A DNA stretch of 64,000 nt, taken from positions 7,997-71,996 of the forward strand of contig CAYQPO010000002.1 in the NCBI GenBank assembly GCA_964420015.1. The letters run 5' to 3'. The notes beneath the pieces are model-generated. The model had not been told where the DNA came from. It saw nothing but the letters and a program-made list of their open reading frames with translations, and did not search any database. Shown here one piece after another: positions 40,422 through 54,858 of the stretch (position 1 is the stretch's first letter; each line of letters begins with the position of its first letter). This stretch comes from an uncultured Candidatus Saccharibacteria bacterium. GTDB taxonomy: Bacteria > Patescibacteriota > Minisyncoccia > Phycocordibacterales > SBAW01. A program made the position numbers and the translations under genes.

Positions 40422-41540
40422 ATGGCTTTTTCTCTGTCATCGTTGTTCAACAAAGAGGCAAAAAGCGTACTCGGAGTCGACATTGGTACCTCGGCGATCA
40501 AGATAGTGCAACTGCGCAAAGAAAAAGGGAGGGTGATCCTCGAAACCTACGGCGCGATAGCGCTGGGCCCCTACGCCGGGGTCGAAATCGGTCGGGCTAC
40601 AGCGCTGGAGGCTTCGAAAGTAGCCGAGGCGCTCAAAGACGTGATCCGCGAGGCCAACGTCACCACACAAGACGCAGCCGTTTCTATTCCGTATTCCTCC
40701 TCGCTCGTCTCGATCATCCGCCTCCCCGCCACGGTAGAGAAGCAGCTCTCCCAGGTGGTGCCTATCGAGGCGCGCAAATATATCCCCGTGCCTATTAATG
40801 AAGTATTGCTTGACTGGTTTGTGGTCTCAGACAACAAACGTGCCGCAGCAGATGGCAAAATCGACGTGCTCTTGGTAGCAATCCACAACGATACGATAGC
40901 CAAGTTTCGCTCCGTTGCCTCCGATGCCGCTCTTACGCCGGGATTTTTTGAAATCGAGGTATTTTCCTCGGTACGCGCCGCACTCGACCACGGACTGGCT
41001 CCCATAGCGGTGGTAGACATAGGCGCCGCGACCACCAAGTTTTATGTGGTCGAGCGCGGGCTCATTCGCGAGAGCCACATCATCAACCACGGCGGGCAAG
41101 ATCTCACGCTTGCGGCAAGCCGCGCGCTCGGGCTTTCTGTTTTACAGGCCGAAGAGCGCAAGCGCAAATATGGCCTCAGCGGCGAGGGGCCAGCCGCAGC
41201 AGCCGGATCGACCCTGCCAGCAGGAGTCGCCGGGGCCGACCTCAAGCGCTCGCTTGAGCTCTCCCTCTCACCAATGCTCAACGAGCTTACCCGTACCATC
41301 ACCGCATGGGAGACGCGCACGAAACAGACACTCAACGGACTGGTCTTGACCGGTGGGGGAGCAACGCTGCGCGGTTTGCAAGAATTTATGCAGAGCAAAG
41401 TCTCGACGCAGATCCGTCTTGCCGACCCGTTTGGTAAAACACAAGCACCAGCGTTCCTTGAGCAGATCCTTAAAGAAGCAGGCCCCGAGTTTGCGGTTGC
41501 CGTTGGCTTGGCCTTGCGCCGCCTGCAAGAGCAAGGCTAA
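40422..41540 (+). CDS. pilM: Type IV pilus assembly protein PilM
   Basis: GVDIGTSAIK, EARKYIP, VDIGA, LTGGGA, AVGLALR. Confidence 0.93.
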   Translation: MAFSLSSLFNKEAKSVLGVDIGTSAIKIVQLRKEKGRVILETYGAIALGPYAGVEIGRATALEASKVAEALKDVIREANVTTQDAAVSIPYSSSLVSIIRLPATVEKQLSQVVPIEARKYIPVPINEVLLDWFVVSDNKRAAADGKIDVLLVAIHNDTIAKFRSVASDAALTPGFFEIEVFSSVRAALDHGLAPIAVVDIGAATTKFYVVERGLIRESHIINHGGQDLTLAASRALGLSVLQAEERKRKYGLSGEGPAAAAGSTLPAGVAGADLKRSLELSLSPMLNELTRTITAWETRTKQTLNGLVLTGGGATLRGLQEFMQSKVSTQIRLADPFGKTQAPAFLEQILKEAGPEFAVAVGLALRRLQEQG

Positions 41541-41549
41541 AGTGGGCTC

Positions 41550-42044
41550 ATGCAAGAGGCGGAATTCAAAAAACTCCTCAAGCCGGACTGTTATCAAGTC
41601 TTTTTATTTACCTGCCCGCCGAGCTTGCCGCTCTCGTTTGCCCTCCATCCGTGGTTTGTAGTCAATCATCGAGGCGAGATAGCGCGGTATGAGATCATCG
41701 CGAGCCCCCGGGCGCTTAAAAAAGACGCTTTTCGTGTCGGGCATTTATGCAAAGACATACTCCCGCCGCTTGTCGGCTTGCGGGTGGCGCGCTCAAGAAA
41801 CTGGCTGCGTTGGCCGGCATGCCTGTGCGGGGTAGTTGAGGGAGGCGAAGGATCGCTCGCCCACCGTATGGCCGAAGCGATAGAAAAATCATTCCAAAAC
41901 TACCCGCATTCCCATGAGTACGCTTACACGGGCCCCAACTCAAACACCTACGCGCAGTGGGTGATAGACCAGTTCCCTGAATCAGGCTTTACACTGCCGT
42001 GGAATGCTTTTGGCAAACACTTTTTGCGCCGTAAGCGCTCATAA
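41550..42044 (+). CDS. Hypothetical protein (DUF3750-like)
   Basis: FALHPW and YP...Y...GPNSNTY. Confidence 0.7.
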   Translation: MQEAEFKKLLKPDCYQVFLFTCPPSLPLSFALHPWFVVNHRGEIARYEIIASPRALKKDAFRVGHLCKDILPPLVGLRVARSRNWLRWPACLCGVVEGGEGSLAHRMAEAIEKSFQNYPHSHEYAYTGPNSNTYAQWVIDQFPESGFTLPWNAFGKHFLRRKRS

Positions 42045-42097
42045 TTTCTGTTAATAAACGGACACTGGTCAAAAAATCAAAGTTATACTAGAGACAA

Positions 42098-42694
42098 ATG
42101 GATCCTAATGTCCAAGGCTCCTTTATTCCCAAACAGGCGCTTGCCGCGCAAGCGCGCGGTGGCGGCGTGGGGCTCTTCTTTTTGGTTGCGCTCATCGTCT
42201 TTATCATGTCGATCGTGGCTGCAATGGGAGCGTTTCTCTATACTCTCTCGCTCAATCACTCGATAACCGACAAATCAGCTTCGCTCCAAGCTTCTGAGGG
42301 GGCCTTCGACCCGGCGGCGATCCAAGACTTGGTGCGCATGGACAGCCGGATACAGCAAGCCAAGCTCTTGCTTGCAAAACATGTCAGCAGCTCGGCGGTC
42401 TTTACCCTTCTTTCGCAGCTCACCTTGCAAAAGGTGCAGCTCTTGGGCATGAACTTTACCCTAAACCAAGATGGCTCGGGCACTATCTCGCTTAACGGCT
42501 CGGCCGACTCCTTCTCCACGGTAGCATTGCAGTCAGACTCCTACGGCGGCAGCAAGGTACTGCGCGACGTGATCTTTAGCGGCATTGCCGTGGGCGAAAG
42601 TGGGCGCGTCACCTTTACCGTCAACGCCTCAGTCGACCCCGACACGCTGCTCTACGCCAACAATCTCAACCAGGCCGCTCCAGCCTCTCAATAA
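42098..42694 (+). CDS. PilN-like protein
   Basis: SFIPK, single TM; position in the pilus cluster. Confidence 0.75.
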   Translation: MDPNVQGSFIPKQALAAQARGGGVGLFFLVALIVFIMSIVAAMGAFLYTLSLNHSITDKSASLQASEGAFDPAAIQDLVRMDSRIQQAKLLLAKHVSSSAVFTLLSQLTLQKVQLLGMNFTLNQDGSGTISLNGSADSFSTVALQSDSYGGSKVLRDVIFSGIAVGESGRVTFTVNASVDPDTLLYANNLNQAAPASQ

Positions 42695-42695
42695 T

Positions 42696-43244
42696 ATGCG
42701 ACTCATACTCCCCATAATCCTCATCGTTGCAGCAATAGGGCTCTTCGCGCTCTACACCAACGGCGCCTACCAACACATTAAGGGGCTCCAGGTGCAGGTG
42801 GCCTCGTATGATAGCGCGCTTAATACCGCTCAGGAGCTGCGCGGTGTGCGCGACCAGCTCATCTCTAAACGTAATACCTTCTCCTCCGAAGACGTACAAA
42901 AACTCCAAGAGGTGCTGCCCGACAACGTCGACAACATCCGCTTTATCATCGACATCAACAATATCGCGAGCCGCCACAGTCTAACGCTTACCAACGTTGC
43001 CGTGGGTACCGTCTCCGACTCAAAAACAGCACGCAATGCACTTTCGGTGGGCAAATCGGGCGACCCGGTGGGCTCCGCGGCGGTGTCCTTTTCGGTCAAC
43101 GCTAGCTACGACAACTTTCTCGCGTTTCTCCAAGACCTTGAGCATAGTCTGCGCATCGTTGATGTGCAGACCATGGACTTTAAGCCCGTGCAAGGCAATC
43201 TCTATAGCGTCTCGCTCACTATTCGCACCTATTGGCTCCACTAG
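42696..43244 (+). CDS. pilO: PilO-like protein
   Basis: TM, LP, YDNFLAFLQDLEHSLRIVDV. Confidence 0.8.
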   Translation: MRLILPIILIVAAIGLFALYTNGAYQHIKGLQVQVASYDSALNTAQELRGVRDQLISKRNTFSSEDVQKLQEVLPDNVDNIRFIIDINNIASRHSLTLTNVAVGTVSDSKTARNALSVGKSGDPVGSAAVSFSVNASYDNFLAFLQDLEHSLRIVDVQTMDFKPVQGNLYSVSLTIRTYWLH

Positions 43245-43274
43245 TTTGATATGACTCACTACCGGTAACACACT

Positions 43275-43571
43275 ATGCAAAACCTTCTCCAAAACAAATT
43301 CTTGATGGGCGGGGTAGTTGCGGTGGTTGTACTCGTGCTCGTCTACTATGTTTGGAGTTCCTCCTCCGCGACACCGCTCTTGAGCGACTCAAGCGCGACC
43401 GTTTCGCCCGGCTCGGAGCAAATTCTCCAGAGTTTAGGTCAGCTGCACACGATCAACCTCGACGCATCGATCTTTACCGATCCGGTGTTTGCGTCGCTGA
43501 GCGACTTTGGCGTGACCATCCCGCCCGAGCAGGCAGGCCGTCGCAACCCATTTGCACCGGTCGGACAATAG
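43275..43571 (+). CDS. Small pilus-associated membrane protein
   Basis: TM; C-terminal GRRNPFAP (PilP-like RNPF). Confidence 0.65.
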   Translation: MQNLLQNKFLMGGVVAVVVLVLVYYVWSSSSATPLLSDSSATVSPGSEQILQSLGQLHTINLDASIFTDPVFASLSDFGVTIPPEQAGRRNPFAPVGQ

Positions 43572-43581
43572 AGAGGTATGT

Positions 43582-45441
<1,860 letters not shown>

Positions 45442-45448
45442 TCTCGAT

Positions 45449-46513
45449 ATGCCCGATTACAAGCAAAAACTCAGCAATTTAATTGACATCACCGTTGCCC
45501 AAGGCGCCTCGGACCTCCACTTAGGTACGGGTATGCAGCCGACTATCCGCGTATCAAGCGCGCTCACCGCGCTTATCCAAGAGGCACCGCTTACGCAAGA
45601 GGACATGCTCGGGCTCCTCGACCAACTCCTGCCTCCCGAGCGCAAGAAAAAGTTTTTGGACACTCAAGAAGCCGACTTCTCCTTTGCCTACGGCGATAAG
45701 GCGCGCTTTAGAGGCAACGCCTACTTTGAGCGCGGCCATATTGGGGTGGCGCTGCGCCTTATCCCACGCACCATCCGCACGATCGGGGAGCTCAACTTGC
45801 CTCCCTCGCTTGAGCAGTTTACGCAGCGCGAACAAGGGTTCTTTTTGGTCGTAGGACCGGTAGGGCAGGGCAAGACCACTACACTCGCGGCGCTCATCGA
45901 GAAGATCAATGAGGAGCGCGCCGAGCACATTATTACGATCGAAGATCCGATCGAGTACTTGTTTGCAAACAACAAATCGCTCATCGACCAGCGCGAGGTG
46001 CGCGTTGACACGGCCGACTTCCAAACGGCGCTCGAGAGTTTGTTTAGGCAAGATGTTGACATTGTGATGATCGGCGAGATGCGTACGCCTGAGACCATCG
46101 CGACTGCGGTGACCGCAGCCGAAACTGGCCACCTCGTGCTCTCAACCCTGCATACCAACAACGCGGTACAAACGATCGACCGGATTATCGACGTCTTTCC
46201 CGCGGGGCAACAAGAGCAGATCCGCATCCAGCTTGCAGGCTCCTTGGCAGGGATCTTTAGCCAGCGTCTTATCCCGCGTATTTCTGGCGGGCTTATCCCA
46301 GCCTACGAGCTTTTGCTCAACAACACCGCTGTCGCCAACCTGATCCGCGAAAAGCGCACCCACGAAATTCAAACGCTCATCGAAACCGGAGCTGCCGAAG
46401 GGATGATCGACATGAACCGCTCGCTAGCCGACCTCGTGCGTGCAGGAGAGATCACTCCCGAGTCGGCCTACTCCCGCTCGCTCAACCCCAAAACCTTGGA
46501 GCGTCTGTTGTAA
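45449..46513 (+). CDS. pilT: Type IV pilus retraction ATPase PilT
   Basis: ASDLHL, GPVGQGKTT, TIEDPIE, AAETGHLV, ANLIRE. Confidence 0.93.
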   Translation: MPDYKQKLSNLIDITVAQGASDLHLGTGMQPTIRVSSALTALIQEAPLTQEDMLGLLDQLLPPERKKKFLDTQEADFSFAYGDKARFRGNAYFERGHIGVALRLIPRTIRTIGELNLPPSLEQFTQREQGFFLVVGPVGQGKTTTLAALIEKINEERAEHIITIEDPIEYLFANNKSLIDQREVRVDTADFQTALESLFRQDVDIVMIGEMRTPETIATAVTAAETGHLVLSTLHTNNAVQTIDRIIDVFPAGQQEQIRIQLAGSLAGIFSQRLIPRISGGLIPAYELLLNNTAVANLIREKRTHEIQTLIETGAAEGMIDMNRSLADLVRAGEITPESAYSRSLNPKTLERLL

Positions 46514-46516
46514 ACA

Positions 46517-47734
46517 ATGGCTGAATTTAAGTACGAAGCACTAGACCCGCAGGGCAAGGCAGTTGCCGGCAGCATTAATGCCGCGTCGCAAGACGCAGCG
46601 ATCGCAGCGCTGCAGCGCAAGGGGCTTACCCTGACCTCCGTGGTGCTCGGTGGGCAAAAAAGCCTCTACCAGCAGATGCAGGAGATCACCGTCTTTGGTG
46701 GGGTCTCGAGCCGTGACCTGGTGCTCCTCTCTCGGCAGATCGCAACGCTCTTTGAGGCGCAAGTTTCGGCTCTGCGCGTCTTTCGCCTCTTGGCCGAGCA
46801 GGCCGAAAAGCCCTACATAAGGAACGTCTTGGCCGAAATAAGCGACGACTTGCAAGGGGGCACCTCGATTTCTAAAGCCCTCGAGAAGCATCCTAAGGTC
46901 TTCTCCGACTTTTATGTCAACATGGTGCGCTCGGGCGAGGAGTCGGGCAAGCTCGACCAAACCTTTCTCTATTTGGCCGACTACATCGACCGCAGCTACG
47001 AACTGGGCTCCAAGGCTAAAAATGCACTTATTTACCCCGCGTTTATCTTGGTGACCTTTGTGGCGGTGATGACGCTCATGCTCACCTTCGTGATCCCTAA
47101 GATCGGGGCAATTTTGACCGACGGCGGCCAGGCACTCCCGGTATATACCCAGGTCATTCTTGGCTTTAGCTCTTTTTTGGTCGACTACGGGATCTTTCTC
47201 TTAATCGGGCTCATTGTGGGCGGGTACTTCGTCTGGCGCTATATACAGACTCCCTCGGGCAAAATAGCCTGGTCGCGCTTTAAATTCGCCATACCCTACA
47301 TTGGCGCGCTCTATCAAAAGCTGTATCTCTCGCGCATCGCCGACAACATGAACGTGATGCTCTCCTCGGGCATCGCGGCAGTTCGCGCGCTCGAGATCAC
47401 CGCCAACGTGGTCGAGGACGACGTATTTGAGGCGATTTTGCACGAAGCAATCGAGGCGGTTAAGGGCGGCGCTCCGCTCTCGCAGACGCTTGCACGCTAC
47501 CCCGAGCATATCCCGGGGATCTTTGTACAAATGCTCCAAATTGGCGAGGAGACAGGCGAGATGGGCAACATCCTCGACCGCCTGGCCAAGTTCTACAGCC
47601 GCGAGGTCAACTCGGCGGTCGATACGCTGGTCTCCCTCATTGAGCCGGTGATGATCGTGCTGCTCGCCTTGGGGGTGGGGTTCCTCCTCGCGGCGGTGTT
47701 GCTGCCTATCTATAACAGTGCTTCGAGCCTCTAG
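46517..47734 (+). CDS. pilC: Type IV pilus platform protein PilC/GspF
   Basis: GEESGKL, ALIYP, GEETG, IEPVMI. Confidence 0.95.
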   Translation: MAEFKYEALDPQGKAVAGSINAASQDAAIAALQRKGLTLTSVVLGGQKSLYQQMQEITVFGGVSSRDLVLLSRQIATLFEAQVSALRVFRLLAEQAEKPYIRNVLAEISDDLQGGTSISKALEKHPKVFSDFYVNMVRSGEESGKLDQTFLYLADYIDRSYELGSKAKNALIYPAFILVTFVAVMTLMLTFVIPKIGAILTDGGQALPVYTQVILGFSSFLVDYGIFLLIGLIVGGYFVWRYIQTPSGKIAWSRFKFAIPYIGALYQKLYLSRIADNMNVMLSSGIAAVRALEITANVVEDDVFEAILHEAIEAVKGGAPLSQTLARYPEHIPGIFVQMLQIGEETGEMGNILDRLAKFYSREVNSAVDTLVSLIEPVMIVLLALGVGFLLAAVLLPIYNSASSL

Positions 47735-47875
47735 CGGGTGGCAAAAGACTATCCACAGGGTGCCAGGGTTGGCTTGCCAAGGGTGGCTATAATAAGGGGG
47801 CCTTGCGGCTCTTGTGCAGGGCCGCTTTACTAGAATTATAAGTGGGCAGTGATTAATAATCTTATTTAGTACAGT

Positions 47876-48385
47876 ATGTACAAATCTATTAGCAAGGGTT
47901 TTACTTTGATCGAGCTTTTGGTGGTGATCGCCATCATCGGTATCTTGGCAGCCATCGTGCTCGTGTCTTTGGGCAACGCTCGCCAAAAGGGCGCTGATGC
48001 GGGCATCCAGGGCAACGTGGACTCAATCCGCACTCAGGCGGAAGTCTATTCGGGGAATCAGACCCCCAATACCTATGGCACACAAGCAACGACTACCGCC
48101 GGCGATTGCTCCTCGGCAGCCGCAGGTATGTTCTCCGACCCGACCATCAAGCAGGCGGTTACTAATGCCGAGGGTCAAGCAGGCACCGCGACACTCTTCG
48201 GCACCGCAAGTCGCAAATCGGTGTGCGGCAGCAACACTGGTAGCGTAGGTCAATACTGGGCTATTGCCGTGGTTCGCAACACGGATAACACCAAGCTTTG
48301 GTGTGTCGATAGCTCTGGTCGCGCCAAGGATATCTTGGTAAGCACCATAACGGCTGCGGGCGCCAACTTCCAAGGTTGCCTCTAA
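47876..48385 (+). CDS. Type IV pilin (probable major pilin)
   Basis: KG|[16 protein letters not shown]; own TATAAT promoter and terminator. Confidence 0.93.
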   Translation: MYKSISKGFTLIELLVVIAIIGILAAIVLVSLGNARQKGADAGIQGNVDSIRTQAEVYSGNQTPNTYGTQATTTAGDCSSAAAGMFSDPTIKQAVTNAEGQAGTATLFGTASRKSVCGSNTGSVGQYWAIAVVRNTDNTKLWCVDSSGRAKDILVSTITAAGANFQGCL

Positions 48386-48465
48386 ATCTAGTTTCGTCCT
48401 CCTGACGCAAAAATCCCCACCCAACCAAAGAGGTGGGGGTTTTTCGTTGTTATACTTAGAGCTAC

Positions 48466-48963
48466 ATGGATCGGCTTGTCTTAGGGCGCGGGTTTACGCT
48501 CATCGAGCTCTTGGTAGTCATCGCCATCATCGGTATTTTGGCCTCGATCGTACTGGTTTCTTTGGGCAACGCTCGCCAAAAGGGCGCTGATGCGGGTATC
48601 CAGGGCAACATCAATACAATCCGCAAGCAAGCGGAGATCTATGCCAATACGCCGAATTACCAATATGCTCCTTCGATACTTTCGACCACCACCAACTGTT
48701 CGGCTCTCACTGGAGGCATGTGGGATGATACTACTATTAAGACTGCCGTGGCTAATGCTGAGGCTCAAGCAGGTACTGCTCAGCTTATAGGTGTAGCTGG
48801 CAAGAAGTCGGTTTGCGGCGCAGGCGGCAACTATTGGGCAGTAGCAGTGGTTAGGAATACTGACAGTAGTAAACTTTGGTGTGCAGACAGCCTTGGTCGC
48901 ACCAAGGACATTACCGTGAGCGGCATTACCGCAGCGACCGCAAACTTCCAAGGATGTATCTAA
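48466..48963 (+). CDS. Type IV pilin, close paralog of the upstream pilin
   Basis: RG|FTLIELLVV; shared KSVCG, YWA, KLWC, ANFQGC. Confidence 0.93.
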   Translation: MDRLVLGRGFTLIELLVVIAIIGILASIVLVSLGNARQKGADAGIQGNINTIRKQAEIYANTPNYQYAPSILSTTTNCSALTGGMWDDTTIKTAVANAEAQAGTAQLIGVAGKKSVCGAGGNYWAVAVVRNTDSSKLWCADSLGRTKDITVSGITAATANFQGCI

Positions 48964-48968
48964 CTACT

Positions 48969-49571
48969 ATGAAACTACGCGGCTTTACCATAATTGAGCT
49001 CTTAGTGGTCATTGCGATCATCGGCATTTTGGCCTCGATCGTGCTCACTTCGCTCAGTGGAGCCAAGGCCAAGGCCCGCGACTCGCGCCGCATTGCCGAC
49101 ATCAAGTCTATCCAGCTTGCGCTCGCGCTCTACTACAACGACAACGGCATGTACCCCAAAAACATCTATGCGCTCTCTACCTCAGGCAGTGCGCCGAGCA
49201 ACGGCTTGGCGGGCGGCTACTTGGCAGTGGTCCCGACTGACCCTAGCTACACCAACAACTGTGGGACTGCGGGTACTGACCAAAGCTGCTATCGCTATGT
49301 GGCTCTCACCAATAGCGCAAATCAGGCGTGCAACAATACCAGCAACCTGCCGGTACTTTATCATTTGGGCGCCGTGCTTGAGGACAGCAACAACTCAGCC
49401 CTTGGCAACGACGTTGATCAAAACTCGACTCCAGGGACAGGGCTCAGCGGCTACTTTAGTGGATTTGTCACTTGCAACGCCTCCGGTACAAGCGGGTTTA
49501 ATGGAGTGCGCAGCGACTGCGCGGCCAACAACACCAACACGACCGATCAGTGCTACGACCAAAAGCCCTAG
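48969..49571 (+). CDS. Type IV pilin / GspG-like pseudopilin
   Basis: RG|FTIIELLVV, ARDSRRIADIK, VPTDP. Confidence 0.9.
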   Translation: MKLRGFTIIELLVVIAIIGILASIVLTSLSGAKAKARDSRRIADIKSIQLALALYYNDNGMYPKNIYALSTSGSAPSNGLAGGYLAVVPTDPSYTNNCGTAGTDQSCYRYVALTNSANQACNNTSNLPVLYHLGAVLEDSNNSALGNDVDQNSTPGTGLSGYFSGFVTCNASGTSGFNGVRSDCAANNTNTTDQCYDQKP

Positions 49572-49574
49572 CCG

Positions 49575-50321
49575 ATGCTCGTAGTGGTTGCAATTTTGGG
49601 GGCGATACTCGGCAGTTTCCTTAATGCACTCCTGTTTCGCTATCAGACCGGCCGCTCCGTTATGCGTGGGCGCTCGCAGTGCATGTCCTGTGCCCACACA
49701 CTTTTTTGGTACGATCTCATTCCTGTTGTTTCTTGGCTCATGCTCTGTCGTCGATGTCGTTATTGTAGGACTAAGATTTCTGTCCAGTATCCACTCGTTG
49801 AGCTTGCAGCGGCTGCGCTTGCACTCGGTGTTTTTTTGCTCCACCCCGAGCTCTTGCGCTTTGCACTCGACACGGCGCTGTGGATGGTGCTCCTATTTGT
49901 GTTTGTGTACGACCTGCGCCACCAAGTTATCCCGTGGCCCGCACTGTGGATTGTAGCTGCGCTCGGTTTTGCTTCTTTCCTGCTCTACTCCGACCTCTCC
50001 CTCTGGTCTTTCTTTGCAGGGCCACTAGTAGCACTGCCACTGCTTGCTATCTCGGTGGTCTCGCGGGGGAGGTGGATGGGGTGGGGGGATGGTTTGCTTG
50101 AGGTGGGGCTTGGTTGGTTGCTGGGGCTCAGCGCTGGCTACAGCGCTTTGGCGGTTGCATTTTGGAGCGGCGCACTTGTGGGCATTGGGCTCCTTGGCTT
50201 GAGTAAAGCATATACAATAAAGAGCGAGGTCCCCTTTGCGCCATTTCTCATCCTGGGCGCAGGGGTAGCTTACTTCTTCCATGTGGACTTTTTTCAAGCG
50301 TTGCCGCTACTCTTCTCCTAA
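49575..50321 (+). CDS. pilD: Prepilin peptidase
   Basis: GSFLN, RSQCMSC, CRYC, YPLVE, MGWGD, PFAPFL. Confidence 0.93.
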   Translation: MLVVVAILGAILGSFLNALLFRYQTGRSVMRGRSQCMSCAHTLFWYDLIPVVSWLMLCRRCRYCRTKISVQYPLVELAAAALALGVFLLHPELLRFALDTALWMVLLFVFVYDLRHQVIPWPALWIVAALGFASFLLYSDLSLWSFFAGPLVALPLLAISVVSRGRWMGWGDGLLEVGLGWLLGLSAGYSALAVAFWSGALVGIGLLGLSKAYTIKSEVPFAPFLILGAGVAYFFHVDFFQALPLLFS

Positions 50322-50946
50322 ACCGCGAGGTTTTACCCTCATTGAGCTTGTGGTGGTCTCGGCGATCATCCTCATCATTACGGTCTTTATTTTTTTTCAA
50401 CAATCCAAGTTTAACAGTGCGACCGTGTTGCGCAGCCTCACCTACAGCGTGGCACTTAGCTTGCGCCAAGCGCAGGTGTATGGCGTCTCGGTTCGCGAGT
50501 CTTCGCCCGGGAGCGGCGTGTTTGGCTCAGGCTATGGAGTCTATTTCCCCTCTGGTGTCACGACGCAGTACTACATCTTCTCCGACAATAACAGCAACGG
50601 CCAATATGACTCCGGCGAGGAGTTGCCAGTTTATACCTTGGGCAGTGGCTATACCATCAGCAATATCTGCGTGATGCTTTCGGGTACAGCCAACCTGCAA
50701 TGCGCCTCGGGCACCGGCACGGCGATCACCAAGCTCACCGTCTACTTCCGCCGGCCTAATCCTGACGCTTGTTTTGCAACCGACCAGGCTTCTGGCGCCT
50801 GCGTCACGGCGGCTTCGGCGGTATATTCGACCGCCTATATCCAGGTAAGGTCGACCGGCAATGGTGACACACGCAGCATCAAAGTTTCTTCAACCGGGCA
50901 AATTGCAGTGTGCAGTGCTAACCTTACCGATCTTACGCAATGTTAA
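50281..50946 (+). CDS. Minor pilin (FimT/GspH-like)
   Basis: RG|FTLIELVVV, LRQAQ. Confidence 0.85.
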   Translation: MWTFFKRCRYSSPKPRGFTLIELVVVSAIILIITVFIFFQQSKFNSATVLRSLTYSVALSLRQAQVYGVSVRESSPGSGVFGSGYGVYFPSGVTTQYYIFSDNNSNGQYDSGEELPVYTLGSGYTISNICVMLSGTANLQCASGTGTAITKLTVYFRRPNPDACFATDQASGACVTAASAVYSTAYIQVRSTGNGDTRSIKVSSTGQIAVCSANLTDLTQC

Positions 50947-51557
50947 AGCTGTACCAAAAAAATCCAAAGGGTTTTACGTTGATTGAGATCCTGGTCTCAG
51001 TGGCAATTTTTGCGATTGTGATGGTGATCTCGCTCGGCGCACTGCTCGCCATGTCCGAGAGCGATCGCAAGGCCCAGACGCTCAAGTCGGTCATCAACAA
51101 TCTTAACTTTTCGCTCGACTCTATATCGCGCGCGATCCGCACTGGCCAAAATTATCACTGCGATATAACGCAGACGCCGCTTGCTGCTCCGCTCGACTGC
51201 GCGGTGTCCCCCGGGACCTCGATTGCGTTTGTGCCTTCGGGCGGAGGGACCACCATGTACAAGTTTGAGAGTGCGAGCGCCAGTATCTGCGGGCAGTCGG
51301 GCACCGTGGGGTGCATCACCCGCTCGACCGACGGCGGTGCGACGTTTGCCGCTATCACCGCACCCGAGGTGGTGGTTTCTTCGATGAAGTTCTACGTCAC
51401 GGGCGCGCAGAGTGCCGGGATCCAACCAAAAGTGACCATTTTGCTCTCTGGCGTGGTTGCTCCCAAGGGGGTGGTGGCCAACTGCGGGGGGCAATCGTCC
51501 GCTTCGACCTGCTTTAACCTCCAGACCACCGTGACGCAGCGTCTCTACGACCAATGA
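50940..51557 (+). CDS. Minor pilin (PilW-like)
   Basis: KG|FTLIEILVSVAIF. Confidence 0.85.
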   Translation: MLKLYQKNPKGFTLIEILVSVAIFAIVMVISLGALLAMSESDRKAQTLKSVINNLNFSLDSISRAIRTGQNYHCDITQTPLAAPLDCAVSPGTSIAFVPSGGGTTMYKFESASASICGQSGTVGCITRSTDGGATFAAITAPEVVVSSMKFYVTGAQSAGIQPKVTILLSGVVAPKGVVANCGGQSSASTCFNLQTTVTQRLYDQ

Positions 51558-52141
51558 TAAAAAAAATCTTCAATAGGGGTTTTACTCTAATCGAGACACT
51601 GGTCGCGGTGCTTTTGCTCGCCTCAGCGATTGCAGGACCGCTCACGATTGCCTCCAAAGGTCTCTCTGCAGCATTGGTGGCCAAAGACCAAATTACCGCA
51701 TTCTTTCTTGCACAAGACGCGATGGAGCAGGTGCGTTTTTTGCGCGACAGCGCGTGTCTTGCCTCAGGCGGCGGGGCAGGGGGCTGTGCTGCGAATGTAT
51801 GGCTCTCTTCTCTGTCCCCGTGTGTGAGCACCGACGGCGTTGCCTCGTGCAAGCTCGACTCACTTGGCTTTTCACCCGCAAACCCGGTCGCATGCGATGC
51901 GGCTAGCTGCTCTGCGAGCACCGATGTCTTGCACTTCGACAGTACGAACAACAGCTTTAATTACAATCAGTCTGCACCGCTGAGCACGCAGCGCTATGTG
52001 CGTGTTATCCAAATCCAAAACGACCCCAACGGCACCGCCCCCGACGAGGCAGTAGTCACGGTTAAAGTAAGCTGGAGTGACATCGCCGGGGTCACGCATG
52101 CGCCGATCATTGTGCGAGAAGATATATTCAGATGGCAATAA
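51554..52141 (+). CDS. Minor pilin (PilV-like)
   Basis: RG|FTLIETLVAV, AFFLAQDAMEQVR, VKVSW. Confidence 0.85.
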   Translation: MIKKIFNRGFTLIETLVAVLLLASAIAGPLTIASKGLSAALVAKDQITAFFLAQDAMEQVRFLRDSACLASGGGAGGCAANVWLSSLSPCVSTDGVASCKLDSLGFSPANPVACDAASCSASTDVLHFDSTNNSFNYNQSAPLSTQRYVRVIQIQNDPNGTAPDEAVVTVKVSWSDIAGVTHAPIIVREDIFRWQ

Positions 52142-52632
52142 ATAATCGAGGGTTTACAATCTTTTTTGCAATGCTGGTGGGCGCTTTGGCGCTCGCGGTT
52201 GGCGCGGCAATCTACGACCTCACGGTGCGCGAGATCGACCTCTCTAACACAGCAACGCAGTCGCAGTACGCCATTTATGTTGCCGACACGGGTGCTGAGT
52301 GTGCGCTCTACTGGGACCTTAAATGCAGTTTGGGGGCGTGTTTTGCAGGGAGCGCGTTTGCCACCTCGAGCCACTCAACCGTGCCCGGCTCAGGAGCATC
52401 CTGCAGTGGGCAAGACATCGCCGCGGGGTGGACCGTCGACACCGCGGAGAGCGCTGCGACCACCACCTTTAAACTCACCTTTTTGCCTCAGCCCTATTGC
52501 GTCTTGGTAACGGTGGCTAAGCGCGGCAACCCAACACTCACCACGATCGTCTCGCACGGCTACAACACCAGCTGTCCACCGGGGACCCCAACAGCAACCC
52601 GTCTTGAACGCACCTTGCAGGTAGACTACTAA
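52132..52632 (+). CDS. Minor pilin (PilX-like, no E5)
   Basis: RG|FTIFFAML, AIYVADTGAECALY. Confidence 0.8.
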   Translation: MAINNRGFTIFFAMLVGALALAVGAAIYDLTVREIDLSNTATQSQYAIYVADTGAECALYWDLKCSLGACFAGSAFATSSHSTVPGSGASCSGQDIAAGWTVDTAESAATTTFKLTFLPQPYCVLVTVAKRGNPTLTTIVSHGYNTSCPPGTPTATRLERTLQVDY

Positions 52633-52639
52633 GGGCTAG

Positions 52640-54649
<2,010 letters not shown>

Positions 54650-54693
54650 TAATTTGGTTGTTATTCTTGGCTCTATTTTAGAAAACACAGCTA

Positions 54694-54723
54694 TTGACAA
54701 CATATCTCTCGGTATAGTATAGT
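54694..54723 (+). promoter_or_regulatory. Sigma70-type promoter of the DGR target gene
   Basis: TTGACA (54694)-18 nt-TATAGT (54718). Confidence 0.6.
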
Positions 54724-54858
54724 AGAGTGTCAGTTCTTTGATAGGGAATCAGCATTCGCCGCAGCGAAAAGCGCCTTTATTAGGACGTTTCTCGCTGTGG
54801 CGGACCCGATCGGGGACGCTTGAACGGCACTGTGAAAAGCGCTCAAAAGGAGGACTCC

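Noticed and set aside
47876-52632. Pilins as targets of the nearby DGR
   Set aside because: No TR-like sequence was seen in any pilin gene.
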